Assembly (NCBI GenBank): GCA_002633005.1
Contig: NMRA01000274.1
Coordinates: forward strand, 262,153 to 326,152
Origin: Phoronis australis
Taxonomy: Eukaryota; Animalia; Phoronida
DNA length: 64,000 bases
Direction of reading: 5' to 3'
Both the position numbers and the translations under genes were made by a program. Positions 28,101-43,100 of this stretch are shown in pieces (the stretch's first letter is position 1; each line of letters starts with the position of its first letter). Under the pieces are notes generated by a model. The model was given only the letters and a program-made list of their open reading frames with translations, made no database searches and had not been told where the DNA came from.

Positions 28101-31100
28101 GGTCATCTTTTAAATCTACCATTCATCATCCAAGGCTTTTTATGGTTTGAAGTAGCGGAAATACTTTTATCAAACGGCATCCCCGTCATAGCACAACCCA
28201 AGGAACTACTGGCTGCATACTTGCGAGTGTGTGCCTCATGTATTCAAAGCCATGCTACCCGACGTTCGCACCAAAGAATGTGTTGCAAGGCTATCGATGC
28301 CAATGCGAAAGTTGAATCAGCGCTCTCTAACCGACACATGCATTCGAATAGCAAAGTATCCAACACCCAGGCACTTAATCAAGTCAAGCCGAAACACTGT
28401 TTTATTTACAACTGTCACTGATCTCTTTTTATGTGGGACAAGGGAAAGGTGTGCACGTGCAAGTTCCCAAACTTGAACCGCTGGAGTATACAATACACTG
28501 GCAGTAACATGTCAGTGACAGAAAACTCATCCATCTGTTGCATGTGCAGTCAAAAACAAGGGCTTGAGAATTTCTTGGTGACTTAAAATTACTCTGCTTG
28601 CATCAATGCCAAACATTTGACTTAGCAATGAAACTAAAACAGCATAAGAAAGGACAATATGTGTTTTCACAAGTACACAAATATGGAACAGATTTAGGAA
28701 ACACAGTGTCATGCAAATGAGCAATGAAGTCCACTAGGGAGAATACAAAGTAAATGGTACTTCACTCACTTATTAACTTGATCTGTATTGCCACTTGAGC
28801 CAGATGCTTGGGAGACACTTGACTGGGAGTGTTGGGACTCCACAACAGAGGGCAGCATTGGTTCAGTGTGCTTCAGGGATGCAAAAAGTGATGTCATTGC
28901 TGGAAATAACAGGACAGTTTTAAGTGGTCTAATAATTAATTATTATATCAGTTTAACGTGTTACTTACACACTTCTTAGCACTCAAATAAGCCAAAAAAT
29001 TGTGAAAATCTACTATAAAATCTAGACATTTTCCAACCTGTTGGATGACAACTACAGTACAAACAATACCCAAATACACAGACACTGGGACACATAAAAT
29101 GTTTTCACTATCGCTGGAGGTAATGCAAATTTGCATTTGTAGCATTTCTGTTCAGATGGACCTAAAATACACCCTGGAACAAACTTGCACTTGTACGCAA
29201 ACAGGTGCATGTGAAAGGCTTACGTAAGGTCCATCATGAAGTCTGCCGAGCTATATTGCCAAAAATAAAGGACAACCGATATCATGTCAATAACTAAAAT
29301 GGCCACCAGATGGTGTTACAGTAGTCCAATTAGTCAGATAATCAACCGCTGTGGGCACATCCCAGCCACAAACCCTTGTGTCAAGATTCATCAAAGTCTG
29401 TTTGGTGCCAGCACATCTCGGCCACACACCTCTGTGACAAATTTCGTAATGGTCTTTTGAAGTTGCATTTTGCCCTGTTTAGCTCTCACTTAAACCATCA
29501 CTTGGTAAGTGACTTAATCACAGGAAGCGGTCAGTGTTGTGTCACATGACTGAGCTATTTCTGAACGGAAGTCTATGCACGCCACTTTCGAATTTCCAGG
29601 TTGGCAAATTCCCAATAAAATCGCTAAATTTGTGATGGATTTCTGACCTGTTGAGAGTTTGGTATGAGAAAACAAGCCCAATCATGGTAAAGAAAATTTT
29701 GAGACCAGTTTTAAAAGAGTAAAAGACCTAATGCAACTTTAAGCGAGTATACTGAAGGACAAGCCATCAAAAGAATCGTACGCTGACACCATCACCAGTA
29801 GAGTTTGGGCAACTTGACAGGTTCGCGAGCCTCAAATGAACCAATGCCTTCAAAGAAACCATCCAGTTTCACCTGATGTTTTCATTCTCTGAAGACTGGG
29901 TAATCAGGCACGATATTACCCATTACAAACATGGCTCTAACACTGGGGGTGACTATAGTATTTTCAAAATTTTCCTTTGGAAAGTTCTTAAATAGTATAA
30001 TTATTTGAATAGTTTGTGAAAATTTCACGTGGTTAGAGTTATGAATTTTGAAAAATTGGACAAGAAATGTTACTTTTATAACGTAAAACTTAAAAGAAGT
30101 GCATAGCCAGTATTCTGCTTCGTTAATTCTAGTGGAAGTGCAGCATAATGGTTCAATTACCAAGAGTCATAAACCAGCAGTTGGAAATTGACAAAAGCCA
30201 AGTGTCATCGTACAACTCTAGGCCTGAAAGGCAACGACGGAAATGGCAGACAAGTGGATAAACGGACTGATGGATGGACGGGATGCTGAATACATACCAC
30301 GACAATTTTTGTGGGAGTTTAGAAACATTAGGACTGTTAGTGTAATGAAAAGAAGAGCTATGGTAATGTGAATGAGGTTGAACAGTACCTTCTGTCTCTT
30401 GAATTTGTTTCTGTTGAAGACTTGCGGGCATGTAAGGACTGGCGCCAGCTTCTAAAGCATCGCTAACAAAGTCATCGAGAAACGACAGCGTGAAGTCAAA
30501 CTGAAATCGGAACACAGCTCATCCTTCAAAACCTAGTTTAACACTATTCTAGCCAATGAGTCAAATACGGAAACGTTGTTAATTACTGCTGCTCATGTTT
30601 GCCGCTAGGGATCGCTGTAAACTATTGGCTAGGCTCACAATGGTCAAACTTGGCAATTCCACAGAACAATTTTTAAAAAGTTGAGCAAACTGGCAATTAA
30701 CTGTTGTTGCAATGACTCAAACTACAATAACTTTGGAGGAAAAAACTCAAGCAGAAAATAGGTAATATAGAAACAAAATTTAACTTTTCATTTGAGAATA
30801 TAATGAAACTGATTTAAAGACGTATTTGCATGCTCCTATGCTAATGTATAGCAGGAACTAAAGGACTATGCTATTTTAACATAATCTACACCAAATGAAG
30901 TGCAATTGCATTCAATGTCAACTTGTAAATGTGAAAAGAAAAAAGCTGCAAAGGAAAAAGCTGCAAATAGATGACCTTTGTACTCATGACGTACCTCGCA
31001 GGCTCACATAGTCCGCATCATGCAGTGATATTACCCTTCACCACGTCACGATAATTGTAGGATATGGGTCAGTGATTTTCGGCGGATCATTTTTGCCACA

Positions 31101-34100
31101 AAACTTCTTCTTAAAAACATTAGGCAATTTTTAACCTACTTAATATTTACATCGTCACTATATGTTGTGTTTCTAACAAATTTGACCAAGCAATTACAGA
31201 GATAAGGAATTAGCGTGCAAGTTCCACTTTAAGAGCATCATTTTGTAATAACGTACCTCTTTCAATAAATCACCATTAAAGTCCATACTGGTTTTCATTT
31301 GGTCGTTTGCCCAACTGATAGCCACAACTTCGCTAATGCGATGTTTCAAGTGGGGCTCCACGCAAAGCAATGACACAGGAATCATTGCATCACTTAAAAT
31401 GTCGCTATTCTGGCACCCCACGACAAGCTTCGAGAGCGCATTCAAAATCCAGTGCTTTGTTTCATTATCTATTGCATCACTGTTCACAAATGGCACCAGA
31501 AGATAAATTAGCTTTGCAGCGACATCTGTTGGCTGGCCTTCCAATGTGGTCCAATAGTGACCAAGTACCTGAAATAATCAAATGTTTTGCAAACAAATGC
31601 AGCAAAGAATTATAGTATTTAGAATTTCAACTGTTTACTGCATCACTTATCTTCACTTGAGAATGAAACAAGTATATTTCGAAATATCATGGGCTTTTTA
31701 ATTATATCGCTAGGTCAGTTCCTTTATCTATGTTCAGTTGAGAGTAGAGTTTTGTTCAGAAGGTATGAACGTAACGGAATAAAGACTGTCAACAATGAAA
31801 AGTTTCGTGCGTTTAATCAATTCTGTATCTTTGTAAGAAAACAAAGCGTAAGCGGTGAAATAGATACGCTATTAACAGACTTCAGGGGTCTATTTCACGA
31901 AAAGTAACTTTTAAGACAACAGCAATTTTATTTTCTGCTCTCACTTCACAACTGTTTATACAGTCAAGTAATTATGAGCACGTGAAAGACTAAAAATAAT
32001 TTATAGAAGTTATCTCAGCTAGCAATTGTGTGTAATCTTTCAGAGAATGCAGTTTTGCTCAAGTGAGATTTAATTATCTTTCAGAAAAAGTTGTGTGGAG
32101 CATAACACTTAAGTCACCCTTCATGAGACAAGCTTGCACCACTGACAAAGACCATATTACTCGGAACATTTTTTTAATATGCACCATCAATATTCATTTT
32201 TATCACTTTAAGAAGAACAGCATGTAACTGTTAACACCTTTCAGTCAATATGATGTAATATATTTATTTTCATCAAAAATATAATACATAGTTAAAATTT
32301 GGTATTTATTTTCATCAAAAAAAAAAATTGTAACACGTAGTTCGAATTTGGTATTTATTTTCATCAAAAATTTATAAAACATAATTCAAATTTGACTAAA
32401 AAAAACCTGTACCCATGATCCTCAAAAATTGGAAAATGTGTGACCTTCGAGAAAATTGTAGGAACTGGTATCCGCAAACAAACAACATCAAAGTACAAAT
32501 ATTTCAGTAATAAATATATTAAATATTTTATCTGTCCTAATGTTCTGTGAGGGATGAAACGTAAATAAGCTGGAGAGCACCAAAGATGTTCACCACTTTT
32601 GTGGACGCGACAGTCGCAGGTGTAGGTACTGTGGACCTTGCGTCTGTCACAATGAAATCTTACCATTGTCATAAACTAGACATTTCAAATCTGACTTCTG
32701 TAAGTCACTAACTTGCTAGTGTGCACAGAATCTGATGTAACTCAAGACAGATGGGTACAAAAATTTTTACCTCTATCAAAGACCTGAGGAATGATTGAAA
32801 TCAAGTCGGGTTCATTTCAACACCGTGTAACCTACCCATGCTGAAATCTGCACAAGAACTCTTGGAGTGCTTAACCCGTGTTCTTCTAATAATCCCAGAT
32901 AGGTTTCAGCAGCAAACTTTTGACAAGTTTCATTTGGTGCTATCGACTCTGTCCCTGAAAAATCAGTTCAATAATACTGGATTGAACTGAATATTGTGAT
33001 CAACAGATGTTAGTAGTAACTCCACAGAGAGGACACATGACAGCCCAAGTGTTCATAATCATTTTCAGTAAACATCTACGCACCTACAATAGAAAGTAAT
33101 TCAGTTTGGGAAAAGAAATAATTACTATAACTACCATTTTCCAATTTTCAAAGCCTTTTTACTACCTCATTTCGAATGCTCAACACTTTACAGCTATACC
33201 GCACAAATCATGATGCAAGTAAAAGTAAAAGTTTACGATAAGTCATTTTTGTGGAGAAATTTCACAAATGAAATTATTTTGCCCAGTTCACCATGTTTTG
33301 TTTTTCACAATGAATATCAAAAATCAACACATACTTCAATTTTACATCTTCCAACGACTGTAACATGAGTATAGCTTGTTTACAGTGCTTGAAATGCGAG
33401 TTAAAAAAAAATAAATTTAATTCTTCAAGTTTTTATAGACATTTCTATGCTACCACTAATATGCTTTTTATTAATTTTTAAGTGGAGTCATATCATGCTT
33501 GACTTCCACCTATTATTCATATCATTTCTCGTTATAATAAATGACACAAACCCCATCCTTCTTGATTCTGAGAACAGCAGTTAGGAAATCCTCCTCACCA
33601 AAATTAATCATGAAATCGAAGTATAAAAAAGTTCCTCAAACACTTGACATAACTGGCACTTCTATGGTTAGATTACTGGGGCCGGCTATCCCTTTTCTTT
33701 GCCACCTATAGGCAGGAACTGTAGGCGTGTTTTCAATTTCAATGGTTGGTTTCATTTCGTTTGGAGTAAAGACTTCCCACAATCCATTAAGGCATCCCGC
33801 AAAGCCCAACTGGGAAAAGTTCATTTAAAGCTGCTGATAATGAATAACACATATACATATGACCCACCATCTTTGATGGTCCTGATAACAGAATGTGTGA
33901 CATCGTCCGTAATACATTCTGGTGCAGTCAGAACTATAGAATTGACCATCTCCAAGTACCACTCTATAGATGTGCAAAATGTAAATGGAGTCAAGGAAAG
34001 TGGCATACAATAAAAACAAACTGTATTACTTCACAAATTTTCCTTGAACAGCTGTTCAGCGCCACCTAAAATTCACACGTGACAGAATGCGGGCCTAAAT

Positions 34101-37100
34101 CAACCTGTATATTTGGGAACTTGACTAATTCACAAAAAGACTCTGACATACATAGGGTTAACTTTAGAGAGAGCCATTGAGACCCAAAGTAACACAAGTC
34201 ACGTAATATCCTGGTGACTCATAAAATAAACAAAACGCTTCCAAATTCTTTGTCAGAATAGCTAACGTATCTCATATATATATCTTTAGCATTGTGACAG
34301 CTCAAATATGACTTCAACTTGACCCAATTACAAACTCTTGTGAGAAAGATGGGCTGATTTGATAAAAACAAAATTCAATTTCTTGGATTCATAGAAAATT
34401 TGTGATGTTTTGTGCGTTTCAATTATTTGAATCTGAACAACAATGGTAATTTTATGACATGACAATCACAAAGAATTCATTGAAAAATGCCATGAAACAC
34501 AAGTGTCTTCAATCCCCATCCAAATCACAGGACTCAACTGTAGGTGGCGCTAAACATTGCCTGCCAATCACTAAATGACTATCAAGTTGGAAAGAGGTTA
34601 TTCACTGTTCATTGAACATGACTGAAATGAACCTTGTGGCGCAGAAATACTAGAACCTGATTGCTGTTTTCATATTTTTCACACTTCATTTGTAACAAAA
34701 ATAAATTCATGTGAATCGTTACAACACCCATTGTCAGTAGGAAACACATTGAAGAGATTGATGGTTTGTTACTGGATTAAATGAAAACCGAGTTTTTCTT
34801 AATTTGAAACAATAGAGATATGTAAAATTGACAGAAAACTACAAACTAAAAAAGAAATACTTAACATGTAATGGCAGATGGTTTCTATATTTAGTACAGG
34901 CCACTATCTAGTACGCTCCCACCACACAACTGTTGAATTAAGGTTTAGTAAGGCAAGTAATTTTGAGTGCATCACAGCCTAGAAATAATTTATAGAAATT
35001 ATCTCAGTAACTAGCAGTCATGTGAATATTCTCAGACACTGTGCTCTTTTGCACCAGAGAGATTTGATTCATTTAGAAATAGTTGTGTGGCGTGGAAGAC
35101 CAAATTTCTGTCTTAAGTCTTAGGTCACTTTCATGAAACGGACCCCTGAAATACAAACCTACTCAAACATTTCAAATAGCCAATAAGGTTGGTACAACCA
35201 CAATTCTTCAGTGTCATCAGACAACACAAAAAGGATATTTTTCCGATAGCATGAGGATCTTGGTAATTAAGTCACTGCGCAGGTATTGATCAGTGTCGCG
35301 TCTGAAGTGTTCCAGCATCTTAGAGCAGATCACTGCAACATTCAACTTGTTGGTCATCTTGCATAGTAACTCCAAGGTCTACAGAAAGAACCAAAACACG
35401 AGTTCAAGCGAAAGAAAGTTGGAAACATTTATCGGTGTCGAACTATTAACTAGAGCCTCATCTTTAATATCCTTGCAGGAAGTTTAAATTGAGCGATTGA
35501 AATTTCAAGGAGTGAGCTTTAAACCAAATACAGCAAGACACAAAGGCACGAAGTTTTTTAGATTTGATTGTTAGCATATCCTAAGCTTGTTGAAAAGGAA
35601 CTATTTTACTATTTAATATTAAATAATTACATCTGGTGAGTCAAATATCAGGCGAATTTCGTGAGCCACAATCAAATACTTACAAAAAATTGAACGTTTT
35701 CAACCGTCATCCTCAGAATGATGGCCAAGTGGACTTGCAGTCGTGTGATGAATTTCCCGCTTTGGGCAACGTACTACGATCATAAATGTCAACAAGAGGG
35801 TACTGACTGTGATGTAGGTCAGCCAGTGACGGTCGAAAGCGTTCAATTTTTTGTAAGTACTTGATTGTGTCTCATGAAATTTGCCTGATAATTTACTAGA
35901 CAAAGTATAAAATTGCTTTGTTGTTGACATGGACCTAACTGGTGATTGGAACTAATGTATAAGATTGATAAATAAAACAAATTAAAATGTTCAGTCACAT
36001 TATTGATAGAATTAAGGGCACATTAATTTTGAGACCTGAACATTACATTGACTGGAAATTTATTCCTGGATAGTCCCAGACAAATTCAGTACTTCATTGG
36101 GATAAACCTGCAATATATAAGTCCATGTCACACCTTTCTACGGATGGTCACATCCTTGTCCTCCAGACAGTCTATCATAGTCATCTGATGATTGACAGCG
36201 TGGGCGGGGTCTACCTCAACTATAGCCGCTAATGACTTCAGACCTGTAAGAAACAGCATGACACAGCATGTGCTACCTCTCAAGTGCCGTGAGCCATGCA
36301 TAGGCAGACCCTGGGGCAACCTAGTGTATCTCCACTTGGCTGGTTGAGGGGCACATGACATAAAACAGCCCAAAACTATCAGCACGGAAGATTTTCACTA
36401 CCCTGAGTGATGGTCGGTAAATTGAGAATAGAATACATTCTACCAGCTAACATGCTAAAAAGTCCATACGTTCCAGATGTAACCACCCTATATCAGTGGA
36501 ATAGTAGAACGCTGGGGATTTTTTAATATATTTTACCGAGACAACTGTCTGTTAATATGCTGTAAATACCTCCTTAGAAACCTTATTGCATACTTTTTGA
36601 CTGGCTTACAAGATTACTGCGTGTCCTGACTTTGGAGGCTGTAACTGAGAAAACTTTCAAGTGCTCTCATACCTGATAAATAAATTTGGCAAACAAGAGG
36701 CACAGAACGTCAGAAGTACTAACCTAGGTATCTTAAGTTGTTACTTTTCGCACGGAGAAATTTTCCGATGCACTTCGCCAGATCCTCCAACAGCTTGGGA
36801 TGAGGGCAGAGGGCAGCACCAGTAAGTATACACTCCTGAACCACACCTATCATGACAGAATTGAACAACACTGGAAACAAGTGCTAGACATTCCCACGCC
36901 ATGTTTAAGGTCCAAAGATCGGTTGGCTTTGACATATTTGTTATTTTTGATTTTTATTCAATGTATTTGGTTATCTGTGATTAAAATCGTGATTGAACAA
37001 TGAATTTGTTTTACTTTTCATAAAATATTATTTTTAAACTCTTTCCCTGAGGCACTCTGCATTCGCTTCATTACCCGTCTGCAGCTGTCTCCCAAACTAT

Positions 37101-40100
37101 GCTAATCCTTTGAGATAATTAGGTTACATAACCACTTCACTGTCCCGTTGTTGTTTTCGCCACCTTGTAACGTATGCCAAATCTCCGGTTCAGTTTGCAG
37201 TTATCATTCAATTGAAGCAAACATAAAAAAGTTAAAAATCAACAGTTGATGACAGACTGACAAGACAGTCTAAGGGCAAGTCTCTGTGATGCACTACTCA
37301 CAGTAGAAAATCGCAAGTTGATATGGCCGTTACTGTTTCAAATTGGTCATAACCATTTGGCAAATATTCGTCGACATTTCCTACATCTATTTTCAACTCT
37401 TGACACTGCTACCCAGTGGCAAAACCATGTGACAAACTCTTTGAACAAATTCCTAAAGTTCAACTAGCTTTTCTAATTTCAACAAACTTCATCTTTCATT
37501 CATAGTTTTACTAGATGAAACATGACATGGCTTAGAAAAAGTCACCTGACAAATCTCCAGATTTCATTGAGAAAAATGTGACCATATTCACTGCTGTAAA
37601 AAGCAACAGTACCTAGTGGTCGTCATGTCGAGGAATTTGCATGTCATGCCATGCAAACCCCTCAACTGTGGATTTATCCAACAAGTGTCAGTTTGAGATT
37701 GAATTCTGCGGGAGCGCATGACCCTTTTCCGGTCTTTGCAAGGTCGTGACACTATCCTGCTACTGCACAAGAACATGCATTTTTCTTTTTCCATCATTTT
37801 ACATATATTTCGAAACCTGTAACCAGCATAATGCTCTGAGCGGAATGTTTTCAATCTATGGATATTTGGCAATAATCGGTAATTCTATAAATACAATACC
37901 TCTCGAATAATTGTCACTGTGAGTTTTTGTTAACTGGCCAAAGTTATTTTGACAAGAAAATGACAAAAATCCCACAGTTAACTGCCACATTGATCACAAA
38001 CAAGAAAGACACAACAGGTCTTTCGATTAACAGCATGAAACTCGTTGCCACTGGTGACCTGTTCTAGCAAGAGTGGTCTCTTTATCGCTACAACAGAAAA
38101 TCAACATGATAGTGCACGTGCCAGGTAAACAAAACCGGTAATTGATGGCACGCTCTGCTGACTAAGTTAAGTATAGATAAGTACTTTGCATTCAGGATTT
38201 AGAGCTCGATATAAATAAACAATACACACTAGTGTTGGCTAACAAAGTAAATGACACACACACACGCATGCATACACAAACACTACTCTATAATTCAACT
38301 ATTAAACGCAATGTTCATGGAGTACATTACTCTGTCAACCTACCAAATGTGATGTTCTGATTGATTTCACTTCTTTGCAAAACTTCTGTCAGCACAGGGT
38401 AGATTGCGTTACTTGACCTGCAATAGACAAGTTGACAGCCTTATGTTATACAAAATGTAACTGGAATTACATTTGATACAATATTTATCAAAGAAAGCAT
38501 TTACATTATCAAATGTTCTTAGATTTAATTGAGTTACTGCCATTTGAAAAACTCTACGTAAAAATAGCATGGATGAAATCATCGTAGCTCAAATTAATTG
38601 TTACCAAACTTAAGTCAGAAAATAACTTTCTGCTTGCATCAATCGTTTTATCCTTGAAAATGGTAACAGCCACAGATCAAAGAATGCATTCACAGCAAAG
38701 CACGGTTATCTCAAATAAAATGACATTCAATAATTAACTTTCAGCAAGTTCACTAACATGTTATTTTTCACACCACAAAATGCTATAAAGGACCAATGCG
38801 GGGTCTTAAAACATTATGATGAATTAGTGCTAATAAGCTATAGATTTTTGCAGTGTATGATTACCAGGTCCCGTACTGTAGTTTGAGATATTCAAAATTC
38901 AGTCTTTTGAAAATTATATTAACATCAACAGTCATTACGTTTTCTCTGAAAAGTTGCAAAATCTACGTTTTACTTACTTCTTAGCGGTAGTCATAATGAA
39001 GATTTGGCAAACTGCCACATTTTGCAATCACGAAATAATCAAAAGTGCGATCAAGTAACATGAGATATGGCATCTTACCTTTGATCATTCTTTCCAAGAA
39101 GAGCGAGCATTTTCAAAATGTTGATTTGCACCCACGGCGCAGGTACGTGGTGAAACTCAAACGTTTTAGGCAACTTTCGTTCAATCACTTGCCGTAAAAT
39201 GTTGATTAGACTGGGCACGATGTCTCTGTATTTTTCTGGGTTGTCCTTTAACGCAACCAAAAATAATAATAGCTCACATGCACGTAGGGGGGTTAGGGAC
39301 GGTGGAACAATACTGTCATCTTGATGCATTGTCTCATATCAGGTCTAAAGCTTGCAGACGAAAACCAGCATGAGGTCTTACAAACTTCAGGCAGATTCCT
39401 GCTGTGCAGCAACAGGTTAGCCCCAGCATGTTAAGTTGATCTAAACCTTTCGTTATCACCATGACATCAAAGGTAAAGGAAAAAATCCGCGGCTTGCTTC
39501 TTATATTAACTCACAACACAAAACCAGAGATTTTTTTGACCTTGGACCTGTTTTACCAAGGTCGTAAGCATGGTTGTAGATAACAAAGACATAGGCATGG
39601 CTATTTACAAAGATGGTCTGCGCAGTAAAGGGGTTAAATTTCAGACTCTTAACTGCAATAATTTTCTCAAAGCCACCACTGGATCTGCCACATGGTTTGA
39701 GCTTTCTTTCTTTTCTCTTTTTCTCAATTACTCGTTCTTACATAGAATTCAATAAAACACCCAAAACACTCACCAAAAACAAATGGAGTGTTGTAAAATA
39801 CCTCTCACAATCAACCACAGAAATATAGTGACGTTTTCAATAACAAACATACAACCATCTTAACTACGACCAGACCAATTCGACCATTGATAAAACATGC
39901 TCCTGGGCAACCACCATAATAAAATGCATTTTCAGTACAAATTTGTTGAACAGGTGATGCCCGGACATCTAGAAGACGCCTGGGAGGCAGCTTCATATGG
40001 CTACTGCAGGATCCCATCAACTAGGCAGCCAGCTACCCCCTGCCATCCACCAGATGTCACCCGCATCAACAAAACATCCGTAATTTGTGTTGTGCTCACT

Positions 40101-43100
40101 TTGATGAGTTCCATGTAGATGTGCAGTGCCACTGTCATTACTCCCGGGTCTTTATCACACAGAGCCTTCTTAAACAACTGGTGTACATGCTGGACAAGGT
40201 TGGGTGCCCTGGTGAAGAAACGGTGTAAGCACATCACCGCTTTCTTACGGACAAGTTCCCTGCATAGAAATGAAACGAAAAATACAAAAACGTGTACGGA
40301 TCCACGATTTTGTCAAGGTATTGAAGGGGTTCTGCAGGGGACACACATTTGGTCTAAAAGATTCTTCCACTTCAGCACTGTAAAAGTGACTGGGCAGAGG
40401 ATTCGGATCCCCTGCACCATCCTCTGAATTAGCACCTGAGAAAACCGTTCAATATGATAATTTATGGTGAAATATCACCAATTTACAACACAATAAGTGA
40501 AATTTCATTTTTCACTTTTTCATAAGTAGGCAGCGTTTATTTGGTGTTACTAAAATGCCTGAAAATTTTCGTTTTCCAAATACATGCCCATGGGATTATC
40601 TACGGAAAATCCTGGTAGCAAAAAGTGTTGCCAACATACAGTTCTTAAGTATATTCACCTGTGTCTGAAAAATAATTAAATCTCCCCTGAGCAAAAATGC
40701 AGTCTTTAAGACTTTAAAAGTAACCGCTAGTTCCTGAGATAATTTCTACACATTATCTTTAGACTGTGATGCACTCATAATTAATTGATAGTGGGAGCAT
40801 AAGATCATGTTTCTATCTTAAGGCTCGAGTCCCTTTTCAGGAAACCCCTGAACAATTATTATCATACCTTGGGTGACTTAACTTTTCCTCCACCAGAGGG
40901 AGCATCATTGGAATCACATCGACATTGGCGAGGTGACAGAGAACAGTCAGAGCACAGCATACTTCCAAAATATTGGAACTTCGTAAGTCCTGAAAGCACG
41001 CAATATACGTCAGTTGAAAAGTAAATTTACTCTCAGTCATACACGCATAATTATTTATCAAAAAATCCTTTTTACAGCTTGGTAAAACCATAACTTTTTA
41101 TTAATATCAACTACCTTCTTAAAGTTCTCATTGAATATGAAACACCCAGGACACAAATGTAAAACTTCAAGCCATTTGTATTGTAAAATGGCACAATGTT
41201 AATGTCACATGTCTAAATGAAATGTTCCATGTGACAGTGTAAAATGCCATTTGTCACATAAGATGCGAGCTTTTGAAAGCCAATTACAGCAAACTAAAAT
41301 GTAATTTTGGCTAACTCAATATTGAAATAAAATCACAATCAAAAAGTATATCTATTGCAAAAATTTTCATATAAATTTGGAAGAAAAATGACTTTTGAGA
41401 ATGCATTACAAAGTGTCATCCAATAAATAAAAAAATTCAGCACAAGGGACTCAGTCTACACTTCATCATTTACCAAACTGACAAAAAAGTCCTAAACTAT
41501 GAGCTCTGAAAAATATTTTAATGGTCATTCTTCTATCAATTCATTTATGCTAAAACTTCACATTTTCTAAATTCAACAATACTTGTCTAAACACAAGTGT
41601 ATTTTTCTCCAATAGTTTAATTGATTTGACAGTTCTTGTTTCAGGTCAAATCAACACTAAAACAAATAACAATCAGTTCAGCAAACGATGTCATATTTAC
41701 GATGTCAATATGACATTGTTTGCTGAAGTGCTTGTTATTTGTTTTCTCGTGTTCGATATTCAATTTGCATGGTCTGCATCCACGGAAACAAAAAATGTTG
41801 TGGAAATTACAGGGACATTATCAAAATGCATTTTTGGGATCACGGTCTATAAACAATAAAATCTGCAGTATTTTTGTTAATTTTCACCCTTGTCTGTCAG
41901 GCGTTCACTGAAATCATGTCTAGTGGCCTTACCAGATAAATAGACTTGTTTTAAAATACTCTGCCCATACTCATCGCAGCAAAATCCAAACTCAAACTCG
42001 TAACCGTAACAAGTCAAAACAGGTCATTGAGAACACTGCATTGGTCAATGCAGACCTGTCCATTTTTTATTAGGTCATCATTCAATACAAACATGTCTAT
42101 ATTTGTTCATTAGGCCACCAGTCAATGCGGACCTGTCCATTTTTTCATTAGGTCATCAGTCAATGCTGACCTGTCCATTTTTTCAGGTTGTGTTCTGGTG
42201 TGACCTACTTTTCAGTGACTCTTGTCCAGTTCAACAAGTTCTAATTTTAGCCACTAGATGTCAGTCAAAATCAAAATTATCTTTCACTAAGCATAAAAAA
42301 CCTTTACAGATTTAGATGAAAAATTTTAAGGTAATAGAACGACAAGATAGAATTAGTTATCACTAAAACTAGCTATTTGACTCTATAAAGTTTTGTGTTG
42401 AAAAGAAATTCGTCAGAGAACACCAGTTATTTGTCACAACGGAATTATACATAGTGTTAACTGCTTCTTAATAGTTAATTCTGGTTGGTGTTTGCAAAAT
42501 CAGGCTCTGCATTGATGCTGAGGGCTGAATTGCCTTGCCAGCCAACATTTTAAACCTGGAGTGACAATTTTTAAACTTAACGCGCACGCCTTGCCTAAAC
42601 TCGTCGCAGTAACATTCAAACTCATAACTGCGACAAATCAAAACACGTGAAGAACATTCAACTAATCTTCATATTGGCTTAGAATTTTGCACACGGTTGT
42701 AAATCACACGTGTCGCTCAACAGGTTTTTTGAAATTGGCATGCAACGTCAGTGAAAGCATTTTTTTGTGAACTTTGCCCTTAGTATACAACTGCCCCAGT
42801 TGGATTGTGTAAGTAAACATACCTCGGCAAAGGGTTTATGGTCCTGGCTGAAAAGATAATCAATTGATTACCCCCTAAGGACCCATGAATAGAATGATGA
42901 GCCCCCCGAATGGTCAACTACTACAGCGATCAGCTATGTCCATATTAATTATAAGGGTATTCACGACAAACCTTTTGCAACGAATTGACAAGCAGAACAC
43001 TGAGCTCGTGGTTCTCATGCAGTAACAGGCATGTTGCTAAGTAACCTGAAATAAAACATAGCACTGAAAGTCACGTCTCACCAAATCAGTCTTACCGGCA

